Source of the DNA: Eledone cirrhosa
Taxonomy: Eukaryota
Length of the DNA stretch: 64,000 nt
Reading direction: 5' to 3'
Assembly (NCBI GenBank): GCA_964016885.1
Contig: OZ024759.1
Span: 8,060,001 to 8,124,000 of the forward strand
The notes below the pieces were generated by a model. The model was not told where the DNA came from and made no database searches. It saw only the letters and a program-made list of their open reading frames with translations. A program made the position numbers and the translations under genes. Each line of letters starts with the position of its first letter. Positions within the stretch are counted from its first letter, which is position 1. Shown here piece after piece: positions 39,554 to 55,258 of this stretch.

Positions 39554-40020
39554 TATTAGGCGGGTCTTCTGTATTACTGCGTAGCGCCAAAGATCTCGGT
39601 CTAGTGACATTGTCTTAGAGAGGTGCAAATGTTTAAGGTCGGAATTTATCAGATCGTCCAAGATTTTTCTGGGTCTACCTACTCCGTAACTACCATCAAT
39701 TTTGATCGCCCTGCACTTTTTTACACAGCTGTCGTCTTTCATGCACATCACATGACCATATCAACGCAGTCGTCTCTCGAATAAACAGCATCTGATCCCT
39801 CTTATTCCTAATTTCCCACTTAGTTCATTTATGCTTTGCTGTTCACGTATATTACTTTTACACATCCAACGGAGCATGCATGCTTCGTTCCTTTCCAGTC
39901 TGCGCAGGTCCTCTGCCACAATGCCCATGTCTCACTGCCATGTAACATTGCTGTTCGTATACAGGCATCATACAGTCTGCCTTTCATTTTTAGAGAGAAA
40001 CCTTTTGTGGCCAACAGTGG
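38660..40020. mobile_element. RTE LINE 3' fragments (38660-38900 plus, 39553-40020 minus) and an RTE-tailed SINE piece
   Basis: [26 protein letters not shown] and MLHGSETW. Confidence 0.8.
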
Positions 40021-40332
40021 TATGTTTAAAACATTTTGAAGACCATTTGCTATGAGTTTTAAAGTAGTGATCGACAGTCTTGTTTCTCTCGTTAGCATTT
40101 ATCAAGCGAGAAACAGATATATATATATATATATATATATGAGAAAGTTTGACCCCGACGGCAGAGCTCAAACCGTTTCGACGGCTATTTCTAGACTAAA
40201 TTAGAATTTTAATTTTTTTCAAAAATTCTAATTTAATCCAGAAATAGCCGTCGAAACGGTTTGAGCTCTGCCGTTGGGGGTCATACTTTCTCCTATTACC
40301 CACTCTACTACCCTAAGTATTGAGTACTCTAT

Positions 40333-40363
<31 letters not shown>

Positions 40364-40592
40364 ATATATATATATATAATATATATATATATAATATATA
40401 TATATATATAATATATATATATATATAATATATATATATATATTATATATATATTATATATATATATATATAATATATATATATAATATATATATATATA
40501 TAATATATATATATATATAATATATATATAATATATAATATATATATATATATAATATATATATATATATAATATATATATATATAATATAT

Positions 40593-40626
<34 letters not shown>

Positions 40627-40647
40627 ATATATATATATATATAATAT

Positions 40648-40694
<47 letters not shown>

Positions 40695-40764
40695 TATATA
40701 ATATATATATAATATATATATATTTTTAACTTAATTGTTTTTTTATATATATATATATATATAT

Positions 40765-41097
40765 GGAGGCACATGGCTTAGTGGTTAGAGCATTGGGCTT
40801 GCAATCGAAAGGTTGTGAGTTCGATTCTCAGACCGGGTGATGTGTTGTTTCCTTGAGCAAGACACTTTATTTCACATTGCTCCAGTTTACTCAGCTGTAG
40901 AAATGAGATGATAGGGACTGGGGTCCCTATCATTCCACTGCAAAGTGGTCGTGGAGGTGCCACAGCAAAAAAGCACCCACCACTCACTGTAAATGAGGTT
41001 GGTGTTAGGAAGGGCATCCAGCTGTAGAAATCAGGCCAGAATCAGTTCCCGTCCCACCCTTGCAAGCAGGGAAAAAGCGGACGTAAAATGATGATGA

Positions 41098-41161
<64 letters not shown>

Positions 41162-41325
41162 TCACTTCATTTTACGTCCGCTTTTTTCCTGCTTGCAAGG
41201 GTGGGACGGGAACTGATACTGGCTTGATTTCTACAGCTGGATGCCCTTCCTAACACCAACCTCATTTACAGTGAGTGCTGGGTGCTTTTTTTCCGTGGCA
41301 CCTCCACGACCACTTTGCAGTGTGG
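40765..41325. mobile_element. Tail-to-tail SINE family A pair (40765-41101 plus, 41158-41325 minus partial) around (TA)n
   Basis: Consensus match in opposite orientations. Confidence 0.88.
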
Positions 41326-41765
41326 GCTACGTACTTTTTTGCCCTCCCAAAGTATAACAATATATATATATATATATATAAATGTAAGTATGTATGTATA
41401 CGTACATACATATATGTATACAGACGTACAGTAGCATGCATATATATATATATACAAACAGGCACACATATATATATGTACGTATCGCTAAACTGATACG
41501 TACATATATATATGTGTGCCTGTATGTATATATATATATATATATGCATGCTACTGTACGTCTGTATACATATATGTATGTACGTATACATACATACTTA
41601 CATTTAAGTAAGTGCAGTACTAAGAGTGAGAAATGAAATTTTGTTTCATTCTATTCTATTCTATATATATATACAATATATATATATATGTATATGTATA
41701 TGTGTGTATGAAATTAGAAAATATAAGCTTTCACCGTATTTTAGACTAAAGAAATTTCTTTAGTC

Positions 41766-42512
<747 letters not shown>

Positions 42513-43108
42513 ATAGATAAATATACACGGGTGTGTATGATTGTGTATAGAAGATTATATTAATAAGAGGAATTCCAACTTTGTCTGATTTACTCGTTTT
42601 ATTTACAATCCTTTAAAATTTATAATGGTATTATAATGAAATAGTATGATAGAATATTAAATTCTAAGTGTTAATTGAAGTGTTAAAAGAATGTTATTGA
42701 TAAATTCAAACCCAAGCTAAATGAACAATAATAACGCTTAGGAGTATTACTTCTACTATGACTATGACTACGACCATGTCGACTACGCCCACTAACAACA
42801 ACAACAACAACAACAATAATAATAAAAGTGATGTTGATGGTGATGATTACTAGAAAATGCTATTTTCATCATTTCTAAAAATAGCAAAACAATTGATGCT
42901 TTGGATATGATTAATTATTGGTCGTTAGACATGCTCAACCAGCCATGACGCTTAAACCAATCAGCTTTAGTAATTCAGTGAAACTACACACTGATTGGTC
43001 GAAATACAGTTTGCAAGATTTAGCATTCTGGAGCCACTTTTCACTGTATGTAAGGTTCAAAATTTACCCATCTCATTACAGTTGAAAATTGCATGTCACC
43101 ACATATTA

Positions 43109-43147
43109 TGAACCTGAAGATTGCGAAAGCATGAAAGTACTTGTTCA
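43109..43147 (+). ncRNA. Minimal Type I hammerhead ribozyme motif
   Basis: tgaac-CTGAAGA-ttgc gaaa gcat-GAAA-gtac-TT-gttca, lying between inverted arms 42558-42680 and 43144-43266. Confidence 0.75.
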
Positions 43148-43286
43148 ATTAACACTTAGAATTTAATATTCTATCATACTATTTCATTATAATACCATTA
43201 TATATATTTTAAAGGATTGTAAATAAAACGAGTAAATCAGACAAAGTTGGAATTCCTCTTATTAATGTATATATATATATATATAT

Positions 43287-43770
43287 GTCGACAGAACAAC
43301 ACCCAGAGAATCAGGAGAGGGCCGTGGTAGATCAAGGGTCAGGCGTCCGAAATGAACAATATAGTGACAGAACGTGCAACTGCAGAGCGGCCACACAATG
43401 CCCTCTGCAGGGAAGATGCCTAACTAAGGGCCTGGTATATAAATGTGTGGTTAACACGCACAGCACAAAGCACACCTAAATCGGCGCAACATCCACAACC
43501 TTTAAATCGAGGATGTATAACCACACAAACTCTTTCAAGGACCGGAGCAAGAGGCACTCTACTAGGCTAGCGGACCTGGTGTGGGACTTGAAAGACAAAG
43601 GCACCCTGTATGCCCTCAACTGGAGTATCGATCGGCATGCGAATGCATATCCAAGGCCATGGAGATAGTCAGACCAAAGGATGACGCGGTCAACCTGAAA
43701 TCAGAAATAATCATGACGTGCAGACACCAGAGAAGGTGCACACTCTCCGCATGGAATCCACCGGGCAGCC
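43287..43770 (+). mobile_element. Penelope-like (Neptune-type) Cys-motif plus GIY-YIG relic
   Basis: RTCNCRAATQCPLQGRCLTKGLVYKCVV...T*IGATSTTFKSRMYNHTNSFK...STRLADLVWDLK...TCRH. Confidence 0.8.
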
Positions 43771-44116
43771 CAAGCTATGGGGGCATGCGGGGGAGCGCAC
43801 GCCGGCCAGAGCGACGAAACGGGTTCAAGGGATCGGACACCATACCCTGTTGACTATATATGCCCCGTGGGGAAAGCCAAAATAACCCAGGATGCCTACC
43901 CAACTCTGCATGTCACCCTAGGCAACAATATCGCCTGAGCCGGAACAGGTTGACCCAAATTCCATTGATCTTCAGTCAAGTGCCTTATACCAATAAGGCA
44001 CTATACCTCAACCACAGTGACATGCTCCAGTATGGCCTGTTCACGCACTCCCTGCATGTGTATCTTTTCAGTAGAGAGTGCATACTCTCCACGCATTCCA
44101 TTTTGCAACACCATAT

Positions 44117-44390
44117 GGAGGCACATGGCTTAGTGGTTAGAGCATTGACCTTGCAATCGAAAGGTTGTGAGTTCAATTCTCAGACCGGGTGATGTGTTGT
44201 GTCCTTGAGCAAGACACTTTATTTCACATTGTTCCAGTTTACTCAGCTGTAGAAATGAGATGATAGGGACTGGGGTCCCTATCATTCCACTGCAAAGTGG
44301 TCGTGGAGGTTCCACGGCAAAAAAGCACCCAGCACTCACTGTAAATGAGGTTGGTGTTAGGAAGGGCATCCAACTGTAGAAATGAAGCCA
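44117..44390 (+). mobile_element. SINE family A, 3' truncated
   Basis: Consensus match. Confidence 0.88.
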
Positions 44391-46039
44391 AAAGGCATGC
44401 TTGCTGGGAACAGCAAGAACCCTCCGATACGTCCTGAATATCTGAGGCTGCAGGTAGTGGCTTGATATTCATTTCAACAAACTTTCCAGTTAAATAACAT
44501 CAATGACTGAGACTCAAAGAACAATAATAATAATTGTTTCTACTTTTGGCACAAGGCCAGCAATTACCCAGTACATTACTGGTACTTTATTTTATCGACC
44601 CCGTAAGGATGAAAGGCAAATAATAATAATAATAATAATAATAATTGTTTCTACTTTAGGCACAAGGCCAGCAATTACCCAGTACATTACTGGTACTTTA
44701 TTTTATTGACCCCGTAAGGATGAAAGGCAAAAATAATAAATAATAATAATAATAATGTATACAGAAAGTTTTCAAATTGTGGAAGAAAAATACCTGTAGA
44801 GACGAAATAATCTATGGAGGGCTGGGATAAGTTGGAAATCTTTAAACAGCGACCGTATGCTACAGTATATAAAATGCTACACTTAAGTATATATAAATGT
44901 GGTATTGATGGCAAATATATTTTTAGACGGTATAACATTATTGTGAAAATCTGTGGCTGTTTTTTTTTGCTAATACAGTGTTGAAATGTATTTATAGATT
45001 CAGTTGTCTAGGTGACCTAATTAGCAGTGAAGATACATGGCGTAGTTAGGGTGTTAGATTGCCAATCATATGATTGTAGGTTTCATTCTGGGATTCAGTG
45101 AATGTGTTGTGTTCTTGGCAAGATGTTCCTTTCCATGTTATTTCTAATGATCAGATTTGGGTCCCTATCATAAAACAGCCAAGAAACCTCCTATGAGATA
45201 TAACCTTGTAGGAGGCCAGATAAACTTATATACGTGCGAGATGTAACAACAATTTTCACTTTTGTTTTCTTCACAATGATCCAACACTTTGCAATCTAAC
45301 AAAGTTTGTGGCTTCTAAAATCACGACACGAACATGTTTTTTTAGGCCAAATGAAGAGACTAATCATTTAAGACTCAAACTGCTTATTCGTTTGACTAAC
45401 ATAGGGTGTGGCCTAGTTGTAAGGGGTCGGACTTGCGATCATGTCATGGGTTTGATTCCTGAATAGGGTTATGTGTTCTGTTCTTGAGCAAAACACTTCA
45501 TTTCACGTTGCTCCTGTATACTCAGTTTGAAAGGAGTTACCGGCAGAAGTTGGGGTTTTAACCCTTGCAATGAACTGGTGACCTGTCCAGGGGGGATACC
45601 TCAGAAACCAGGATAAACCTTGGCCTTATGAGCCTCTTGGCTCCAGACACACTTTAGATTAACATAGAGAAGGGTTCATCATAGGAGTGTATATGAAAGC
45701 AGATATATGTTTATACATGAGAGTCTTGCTATGAATTATTCTTTGAACAATGGTTTTTGTTATTTCTACACATTGAACACTGAACAAAGTGTTTATATAT
45801 ATATGTGCGCACTACATATATAGATCTATATATGTATACACACACACACATTACATATACAGATATTTATAATGTATATAAACAGCCATTTTTTTGTCAT
45901 GTTACTGGGCTGATAAAAACTAATAACCTTGTCACCATTCCAAAGATGTTACATTGTTATGTTCTGGTTGTCTCTCAAAATATCTCACTCAAATCTTTTT
46001 GCTATAATCATCATCATCATCACCGTTTTATATTAATTT

Positions 46040-46335
46040 GTCCACACAAGCGTGCCACAGCTTGAGATCGGTGTGGAAGTCGGACCTTCGTAAAGACCTG
46101 AAGATCCACCTCTTCATTGCTGTAGTGGGGTCTGTGCTGCTGTACGGGTCTGAGACTTGGACACTGACCAAGAAACTCACTCAGATGGTGGATGGGTGCT
46201 ACACAAGAATGCTGAGGATGTCTCTGAACATTAATCAGTATACACTGAGGATGAAGAACTCAGAGCTGTATGGGAGCCTCCCAAAACTCAGCTCAAAAGT
46301 GACACAGAGGAGACTGAGGTTAGCTGGACATGCTT
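46040..46335 (+). mobile_element. Fragment of a second RTE-like LINE family
   Basis: SVLLYGSETWTLTK...RRLRLAGH. Same family as 47410-47712 and 57985-58410. Confidence 0.8.
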
Positions 46336-46695
46336 ACTGGACATGCTTACTGGGTGCCTTTTGTTGTGGCACCATCACGACCACTTTACAGTGTGTACTG
46401 GTTGTTTTTCACTGGATGTTTGTGGGAGTGGGTGGGGTGGAGTGGGGGGCATATTATATATATGCTTCATCATGAGCGTGTGTCCGTGGAAAGTCTGGTC
46501 TTCTGTATTACTGCGTAACGCCAGAGATCCCGGTCCTGTGTCATCGCCTTTTTAGGCAGCAAATTGGCAGAATTATTTGGTCATTCAATAGAATGTTTTG
46601 TAGTCTTAACTCTGGCTTTCTCTGAGTTGAAATGCTGACAAGGTCAACACTTCATATTAACTCCCCCAGCCTGAGCTTTCTTTTTTACCGGTAGT

Positions 46696-47035
46696 GGAGG
46701 CACATGGCTTAGTGGTTAGAGCATTGGCTTTGCAATCGAAAGGTTGTGAGTTCAATTCTCAGACTGGGTGATGTGTTGTTTCCTTGAGCAAGACACTTTA
46801 TTTCACATTGCTCCAGTTTACTCAGCTGTAGAAATGAGATGATAGGGACTGGGGTCCCTATCATTCCACTACAAAGTGGTCGTGGAGGTGCCACGGCAAA
46901 AAAGCACCCAGCACTCACTGTAAATGAGGTTGGTGTTAGGAAGGGCATCCAGCTGTAGAAATCAAGCCAGAATCAGTTCCCGTCCCACCCTTGCAAGCAG
47001 GGAAAAGTGGACGTAAAATGGAATGATGATGATGA
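46696..47035 (+). mobile_element. SINE family A
   Basis: Full consensus with (tga)n tail. Confidence 0.9.
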
Positions 47036-48407
47036 GAGCATAGGACCACATGTAAATGACAATACGGGCTACCAGCCTGTCCGGGAAGTCAGTAGCCCCG
47101 CTTCAGTACTGACTTGGTCTGTGATGATCACGTGAAACACTTGCCAGTAGGGAAAGTGGACATTAAATGATGATGATGAAGGTTGATAAAAAAAGTACCA
47201 GTTTAATATTGGGGTAGTTTCTTCTAGATCTCTCGTTCTCACTTCCTCCCATTTTCTAAGTTCCTCTATCTCTCTCTCTAAAATATCAGCTGGAGAGAGA
47301 AGGGTTCCACCAGGTTTAAACAGGCCAACGCTGTATATAATATATCACCATGGCACTCCTAAAACTCCATCAGGAGATATGAGTCTATACATATATACTT
47401 ATATATATACATAGTCAACTCTGGATGTTGGTGAACATGTCCAGCTAACCTCAGTCTCCTCTGTATCACTTTTGAGCTGACTTTTGGGGGGCTCCCATAC
47501 AGCTCTGAGGTCTTCATCTTCAGTGTATACTGATTAATGTTCACAGCCATGGACACACTGGAAGAGGAAGACCGAGGTTAACGTATGTTGATGCCCTAAG
47601 GACAGACACTGGTCTCTTGGAGACGCAGGACATGGCAGCGATAATGAGGGACAGAGACCGCTGGAGAGAACACGTCCATGGATCTCAGGAATTTTACCCG
47701 CCCTAGCTAGATAGATATACATAGTTACATACATACATATATGATGGCTGCCCCCTCATTATCGCGTATGGCCATTGCACAAAAAAATAAAAAATAATAA
47801 TAATATAAATATATATATATATATAAAATTGTAAGTTTGAAGAACTATTAGATAAAATATATACAGTATTTCCTCTCCCTAGTCCGTATAAATCAACCAC
47901 ATAAATAATCATTTAAACGAGGCTATAAGTTTAAAATGTAACTATGAAGAAATAATAGACAAATGATACAGACTATATCTTCCACGAGGGACAGCCAGAT
48001 AACCAACTAATCAACTACACGGAGTTAGGTATAAAGTAGGAGTTTGAAGAAAAAATGCATATAAACTTTACCAAAATTCCTCTTGTCTCGACTACCGACA
48101 GTTTCGTTCCTTTTCTGGGGATATACCTGATCCTGGATTTATCCACGAGGCTTGGAACTCATCAAGAGAGGCCTCGGTCTGGACTAAATTTTCTACCGCA
48201 ATCCCCGCCAGAAATGAATTCAAAAATGGCTAAGAATTATCACGTGGCTAGCGGTCAAGGCAGAAGGTTGTGATTGGTTGCCTGTCAGCGAGTAGGCTGG
48301 TTGCTAGAAAGCGCAGCCAGATGATACTGCCTAAAGTTTTACTCAACCTTACGGGAGTATATATTAAATTCAAAGGGATATATGTATATAATTAGACATA
48401 GTCACAG

Positions 48408-48452
<45 letters not shown>

Positions 48453-48678
48453 CACACATATCTATATATACATATACTCATACATACATACATACACACA
48501 CAATAACAATTAACGGTTCTGCCATCGAATATGGCTTTTTAGCCCAGCCAGTAATCTAAATTATTAAGTCCTGAGGGTGGCTGACCGTGGTAGAAGCTTC
48601 TAAATGGTCGGTCGCCTTCATGTCTCTGATTTTCAGCCACATAGATTTTGTCTATTATATTCCTTTGTTATATTTCGA

Positions 48679-48736
48679 ATACCTGATGATGTCACCGGAT
48701 TCATACTGAACCCGAACATTGAAATGATCATAGTAT
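48679..48736 (+). ncRNA. Type I hammerhead ribozyme motif
   Basis: atac-CTGATGA-tgt...acatt-GAAA-tgatca-TA-gtat, then AATAAA. Minus-strand paralogue at ~38207-38265. Confidence 0.7.
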
Positions 48737-49075
48737 AATAAACCTTTCAAGGATTTACACCAGTCCAGCCTCCTGTTATTTTATTTCATTTATAATTAAC
48801 TCCGTATTCGCACCACCAACAACACAAACGAAAATGGGTGAGTTGCACTACGTTGAGTGCTCTCCATAATATTACATCGAGGTTGACTATACAGAATGAC
48901 CAGTTCTATCGAGCGGTAAACCAACAAACCTAAATAAATATATATTCCAAACCCATGCAAGCGTGGAAGATGGAAGTTAAACAACGATGATGATGATGAT
49001 GATGATGATATATATATATACATACATACACATATATGTGTGTCTGTATATCTCAGTCTCCCTCTCAAATATATA

Positions 49076-50361
49076 CAGGGGTTGGACAAAATATTGGAAA
49101 CACCTAGCATCGTAACATCATAATTTTGAAATACCTATAAAACCGTCAAAAGCTTGTTTATTTTTATGTTTTTTTATTTATTATTAGTGTTGCTTAATAT
49201 GTTTTGTTAAAATTGCTGTTTCTCTTCAGATATCATCAGAAAAAGGTAATTAAAATTCATTAAAATGACAGATGTATCGGACTTTCAAAGAGGTCAAATT
49301 GTTGGTGCTCATATGGCAGGCACTAGCGTAACGAAAACAGCCGAAATGTTTGGTGTATCAAGAAGTACTGTCTCAAAATTAATGACAGCCTTTGAGAAAA
49401 AGGGAAAAACCTCCTCGTCGAAACAAAACTCCGGAAGAAAACCAAAACTTTCAGATAGGGACCGTCGGACTCTTACGCGAATTGTTAGAAAGGATCACAA
49501 AAGTACAGCTCCCAAAATTACTGCAGAGCTTAATGACCACCTCGAGAACCCAGTTTCCACAAAAACTGTTTGCCGGGAGCTGCACAAAGCTGGATTTCAT
49601 GGGAGGGCTGCAATCAGAAAATCACTACTTTCAAAAACAAACGTTGCAAAGCGTTTAGAGTGGAGTAAAACCTACAGAATTGGTCCCTAGAGCAGTGGAA
49701 GGTTATTTTCTCAGACGAGTCATCTTTTACCTTATTTCCGACCACCGGCTGAGTATACGTGTGGAGACAGCCAAAAGAAGCATTTGACCCAGACTGCCTT
49801 TTTCCAACTGTTAAACATGGAGGAGGATCTGTGATGATCGGGAGGGGGGTGGGGGGGGGGGGGCTATATCTTGGAAATCCGCCAGCCTAATGGTTTCCCT
49901 TCATGGCAGAATTAATAGTCAAGACTATTTAAGCATTTTATCTGATCAAATTCATCCTATGGTTGCGGAACTGTTTTTGGAGGGAAACGCAATCTTTCAG
50001 GATAATAATGCACCAATTCACACAGCTAAAGTTGTTACTGAATGGCACGAGGAACATTCTAGTGAAGTTGAACATCTTATCTGGCCCCCGCAGTCCCCAG
50101 ATCTCAATATTATTGAACATTTATGGTGCATTTTAGAAAAACAAGTAAGGAGTCGATATCCTCCACCATCATCTCTACAAGAACTGGAGACTGTTTTAGC
50201 TGAAGAATGGACAAAAATTCCTTTGGTAACAATTCAAACTTTGTACGAGTCCATACCTCGTAGAATTCAAGCTGTAATTACTGCCAAAGGAGGTCCTACC
50301 CCATATTAAAATAAATTTGTTTGAAATTTTAAGGTGTTTCCATTATTTTTTCTAACCCCTG
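49076..50361 (+). mobile_element. Tc1-family DNA transposon, full length with disrupted DD34E transposase
   Basis: TIRs caggggttggacaaaatattggaaacacct / aggtgtttccattattttttctaacccctg, TA flanks, HTH plus GRKPK, FSDES, FQDNNAPIH and WPPQSPDLNIIEHLW. Frameshifts, a stop and a G-run at ~49840. Confidence 0.93.
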
Positions 50362-50961
50362 TATATATATGAGACTGATAAATAAGGTACACAATAAATT
50401 AAATAGAGAAAATAAATATTTATTTTATACAGAAATAGCTTCTACAGGACTAGAACTGCTTCATTCATGATTTCAAGCGAATGAAACAGTTTTAGTCCTG
50501 TATAAGTCATTTCAATATGAGAATATATATATCATCATCATCGTCATTTAACGTCCATCTACCAAGTTAGCATGGGTTAGACGGGTTTGTCCCACTTGAG
50601 GCAAGTTGGGTCAGGTGACCGTGTCTCCCTCATATAGAACTGCTTCTGGCTGGTTTTCTACGGCTGGATGCCCTTCCTAGCGCCAACCACATTTACAGTG
50701 TGTGCTGGGTGCTTTTTACCGTGTCTCCTTCACGATCCCTTTACAGTGTGGCCTGAATGTTCTGTGGTACCAACATAACTTTACAGAGGTGTGGGATGTG
50801 TGGGGTGGGTGTATACAAAGTTATCATTTAATGTCTATTTTCCACTCTCACATGGATTAGATAGGTTGTCATGTTATGAGAAAATTCAGGTCAGATTACC
50901 CATGTCTGCTCCTGATCTAGATCTTTGCTTCATTTAGACAGCTGGATGTCCTATATACTAG

Positions 50962-51142
50962 AATGGCAGTATCGGTAGAGGGTTGGACGCCATGCTTTGA
51001 CACATAGAGTTACGGCCCTTGCCATTCTGAGTTCAAATCCCGCCGAGGTTAACTTTACCTTTCATCCTTACGGGGTCGATAAAATAAAGTACCAGTAATA
51101 CACTGGGTAATTGCTGGCCTTGTGCCAAAAGTAGAAACAATT
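50962..51142 (+). mobile_element. SINE family B
   Basis: Consensus match. Confidence 0.85.
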
Positions 51143-51358
51143 ATATATATATATATATATATACATATATAATATAAGATCAAAAGATGGTTAAAAGAGT
51201 TCCATGTATTTTATTATGCGCATTTCAAAAACAAATATCATCATGAGATATTTGCGTTTTCGTCAGATAAAATAGGGAGACATGATATGAAGGTTAAAAA
51301 ACACTTGTGAATAGTGCAGTTTTAAATCAACATATGTACTACAATAAAACTCACCTCC

Positions 51359-51408
<50 letters not shown>

Positions 51409-51590
51409 AACCAGTAAGACCCCGACAGCTGAGCTCAAGCCGTTTCGACGGCTAATTCTGAATTAGCCGTCGAAACGGCTTGAGCTCAGCTGTCGGGGTC
51501 TTACTGGTTCCTATTACCCACTCTACTACCTCAAGTATTGAGTACTTTGGTGCGTTATGGTCCACCTGGTTCCTTACCACATTTCCTTCG

Positions 51591-51641
<51 letters not shown>

Positions 51642-51809
51642 CATACACACACATATATATATATATATATATACATATATATATGTATATATATATATAT
51701 ATATACATATATATATGTGGGAAGTGAGAAACGTAATGGCTGATACGTAGAGTTTTTAACAGTTTACAAGTCACATACACACATACTATTTGAACATAAC
51801 ATTTTGGAG

Positions 51810-51899
<90 letters not shown>

Positions 51900-52326
51900 A
51901 GGAGTTGTGGTAAGGAACCGGATGGACCATAATGCACCAGAGTACTCAATACTTAGGGTAGTAGAGTGGGTAATAGGAGAAAGTATGACCCCGACGGCAG
52001 AGCTCAAGCCGTTTCCAGAAATAGCTATTGAAAGGGCTTTAGCTCTGCCGTCGGGGTCATACTTTCTCCTATATATATATATATATATAATATATATATT
52101 TTATATATATTTTTTCTGCCTTTATTACTCTAAATATAGCCTTTAAAGAGTTCCCTTTTCTTTAAACCCATCAACCAATGACCTCCACCCATCCCAATCA
52201 CCACCCTCTCCTACCACCATATTACTTGGACAGTCAGCTTCCTGATGATTTTCACGAATGAAACAGTTTTAGTCCTTTAGCAGCTTTTCTATATTAAATA
52301 TATATTTATATATATATATATATATC

Positions 52327-52393
<67 letters not shown>

Positions 52394-53338
52394 CTTTATC
52401 AGAGAAAGCTTATAGCAATACTCCAGCCAAATTCCAACTCACTCAATAAACATTAGGAAATACCCAAGTATATTCCTAATTAAACGTTCGGGGTGCTAAC
52501 TAATTGTATTGTGTGGATAATTGGCTGTATTATTTCATATGAGATATATCAAATATATCATTTCCCAGACGTCTCGTTTCACTATAAGATTCCTACAAAT
52601 TGGGTGAAAATATACCAATTTATGTAGAAGCTTGTATAAGATCAACAGATACTTATTCAAGTGGGCTCTTATAATTCTTCAGTGGGTAACCCAATAATAT
52701 TAATATTGATAGTCAAATCAACATCAATATTTAGCGATAATCACCATCAGTGTTTGAGGTAGCTGCTAGGTTGCTAGCCCAGCAGTTCTAAAGAAATTCT
52801 CACAGTCTCAAAAAAAGAGGAAGGAGATTACCGCCAAAAAAACAATACATGCGCAGGACAATGAATTCTAAAAGGAATTCAAGCCACGTGCTAGAACTCA
52901 ATTGGAATTTGAAAAAATACCCATATGTGTACATCATTTGATGACACACATAGATATTTTCTCAAATATATATTTTATATATAAATATATATTTTACATA
53001 TAAATATATATTTTATATATATATATAAATACAAATAAAGATTCGGCATGAATCGCATTTTCGGCGGGCAGGAAAAGCGAAGCGAAACGCAAAAAATATA
53101 TTTTATATATATAAAAATATATATATATATAAAAATATATATATATATATTTTATAGAAGTGGATGGATACTTCAACAGGTACAATGTACCTGTAGAAAT
53201 ATTCAAGTTGTTTATAATACGTGTGGTTCAATGGCACTAATTCGAGATACCAGAACAATATAAAAGTAGCGAAACAAACGGTTATTAAACAACTTTCTAA
53301 ATAAATTAAAAAATGATTAAATAATCACCTGTTCAGAT

Positions 53339-53419
53339 GCTGTTACCGACGGTTTCATCATTCCGAAAGATTGGAAATCCAACGAATTTCCAATGGAAAG
53401 AAATGAATCTTCAGACAGC
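53339..53419 (-). ncRNA. Type I hammerhead ribozyme motif with long stem II
   Basis: Minus strand reads gctgt-CTGAAGA-ttcatt...aatgat-GAAA-ccgtcgg-TA-acagc. Confidence 0.75.
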
Positions 53420-53721
53420 CCTATTTCCACGCTATAAGGTATAGCATCTGAACAGGTGATTATTTAATCATTTTTTAATTTATATATAAATATATATTTT
53501 ATATATATAAATATATATTTTATATATATAAATATATATTTTATATATATAAATATATATTTTATATATATAAATATATATTTTATATATATAAATATAT
53601 ATTTTATATATATAAATATATATTTTATATATATAAATATATATTTTATATATATAAATATATATTTTATATATATAAATATATATTTTATATATATAAT
53701 ATATATTTTATATATATATAT

Positions 53722-53776
<55 letters not shown>

Positions 53777-54432
53777 TTCACAGCTCCAAATAACGACGTA
53801 TTATGTTCGTTTTTTTCCGTTCTTTGCCAGGGAATGTTTCCACGAACCAAAGTATCGTTTTCCTGTCTTCCTCCGGTTGCAACGTTTTTTGAAATATTTA
53901 CTTCTGCGTTCACAGATTGACTTTGTTAGTTTCAGAAGATCCCGTTAAGGGTGAAAGCAGCGATTCTTTGCTTAAACTTTAATCTGTTATTTTAATAAAT
54001 ATTTGCTCTACGGTTCTTATATATTTGATATATATTTATCCTTATTGAGCCCTCTTTGGGTTTTAGTCTTCAAATTTATTATTATTACTATATATATATA
54101 TTTTATATATAATAATAATACTATTTATAGTTATGTATATAGTATAAACAACTATAAATAGGAAGGTCAATAATTTCTTAATTACCTTATTACCAATAAG
54201 AGAAATAGTTCAATGTATGAACATCAGTTGTTTACAGAGCAGGAAAATAAATAAATAAATTATACAATTATCAAAGTTGTGTTCAAATCATTTAATAGCT
54301 GACAATCGTTTCTTCCAAACTCTCGTTTGGAGTTATTGTGAGCAACGAAACTGTTGCTCACAACATCAATTTATATGTATCTATATTATTGTTCAGTTGA
54401 ATAGGAGGTTAATTATATGTACAAACATTGAT

Positions 54433-54485
54433 AATGCTCTGATGACTCCAAACGAGAGTTTGGGAGAAACGATTGTCAGCTATTA
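54433..54485 (+). ncRNA. Type I hammerhead ribozyme motif (family of 30400/59172)
   Basis: gct-CTGATGA-ctccaaac gaga gtttggga-GAAA-cgattg-TC-agc. Inverted partial copy at 54250-54333. Confidence 0.8.
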
Positions 54486-54531
54486 AATGATTTGAACACA
54501 ACTTTGATAATTTTATAATTTATTTATATTT

Positions 54532-54565
<34 letters not shown>

Positions 54566-54943
54566 TTATAAATATATTTTATATATATATGTCATCATCA
54601 TCATCGTTTAACATCCATCTTCCACGCTAGCATGGGTTAGACGGGAGTTGTCCCACTTGACGTAAGATTGGTCAGGTGACCATGTCTCGCTCATATAGGA
54701 CTATCTGGCAGGTTTTCTACGGCTGGATGCCCTTCCTAACACCAACCACATTTACAGTGTGGACTGGGAACTTTTTACCTTGTTACCTACACGGCCACAT
54801 TACAGCGTGGACTGTGTTTTTTTGTCGTGCCACCTTCACGAGTAGGGGACTAAATTGTAATTATGCAGAAAATGACACTACAAGTTAGTATGTATGGTCT
54901 TCTGATGTTCACCCCATATATATAAAATATTTATATATATATA

Positions 54944-55258
54944 GTAGCCAGAGTCAGAACAGGATGGAAAAAGTTCAGAGAGCTTATACCACTATTGGCC
55001 GCTAAAGGTTTCTCTCTAAAAATGAAAGGCAGATTGTATGATGCCTGTATACGAACAGCAATGCTACATGGCAGTGAGACCTGGGCATTGTGTGCAGAGG
55101 ATATACACAGACTGGAGAGGAAAGAAGCTTGCATGCTCCGTTGGATGTGTAATAGTAATATACGTGAACAGCAAAGCATAAATGAACTAAGTGAGAAATT
55201 AGGTATAAGAGGGATCAGATGCTGTTTACTCGAGAGAAGACTACGTTGGTATGGTCAC
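54944..55258 (+). mobile_element. RTE LINE RT C-terminal fragment
   Basis: [20 protein letters not shown]...ERRLRWYGH. Confidence 0.85.

Noticed and set aside
43470-43490. Possible selenocysteine recoding in the PLE GIY-YIG relic
   Set aside because: The in-frame stop is TAA replacing the Tyr of YIG, not TGA at a Cys position.
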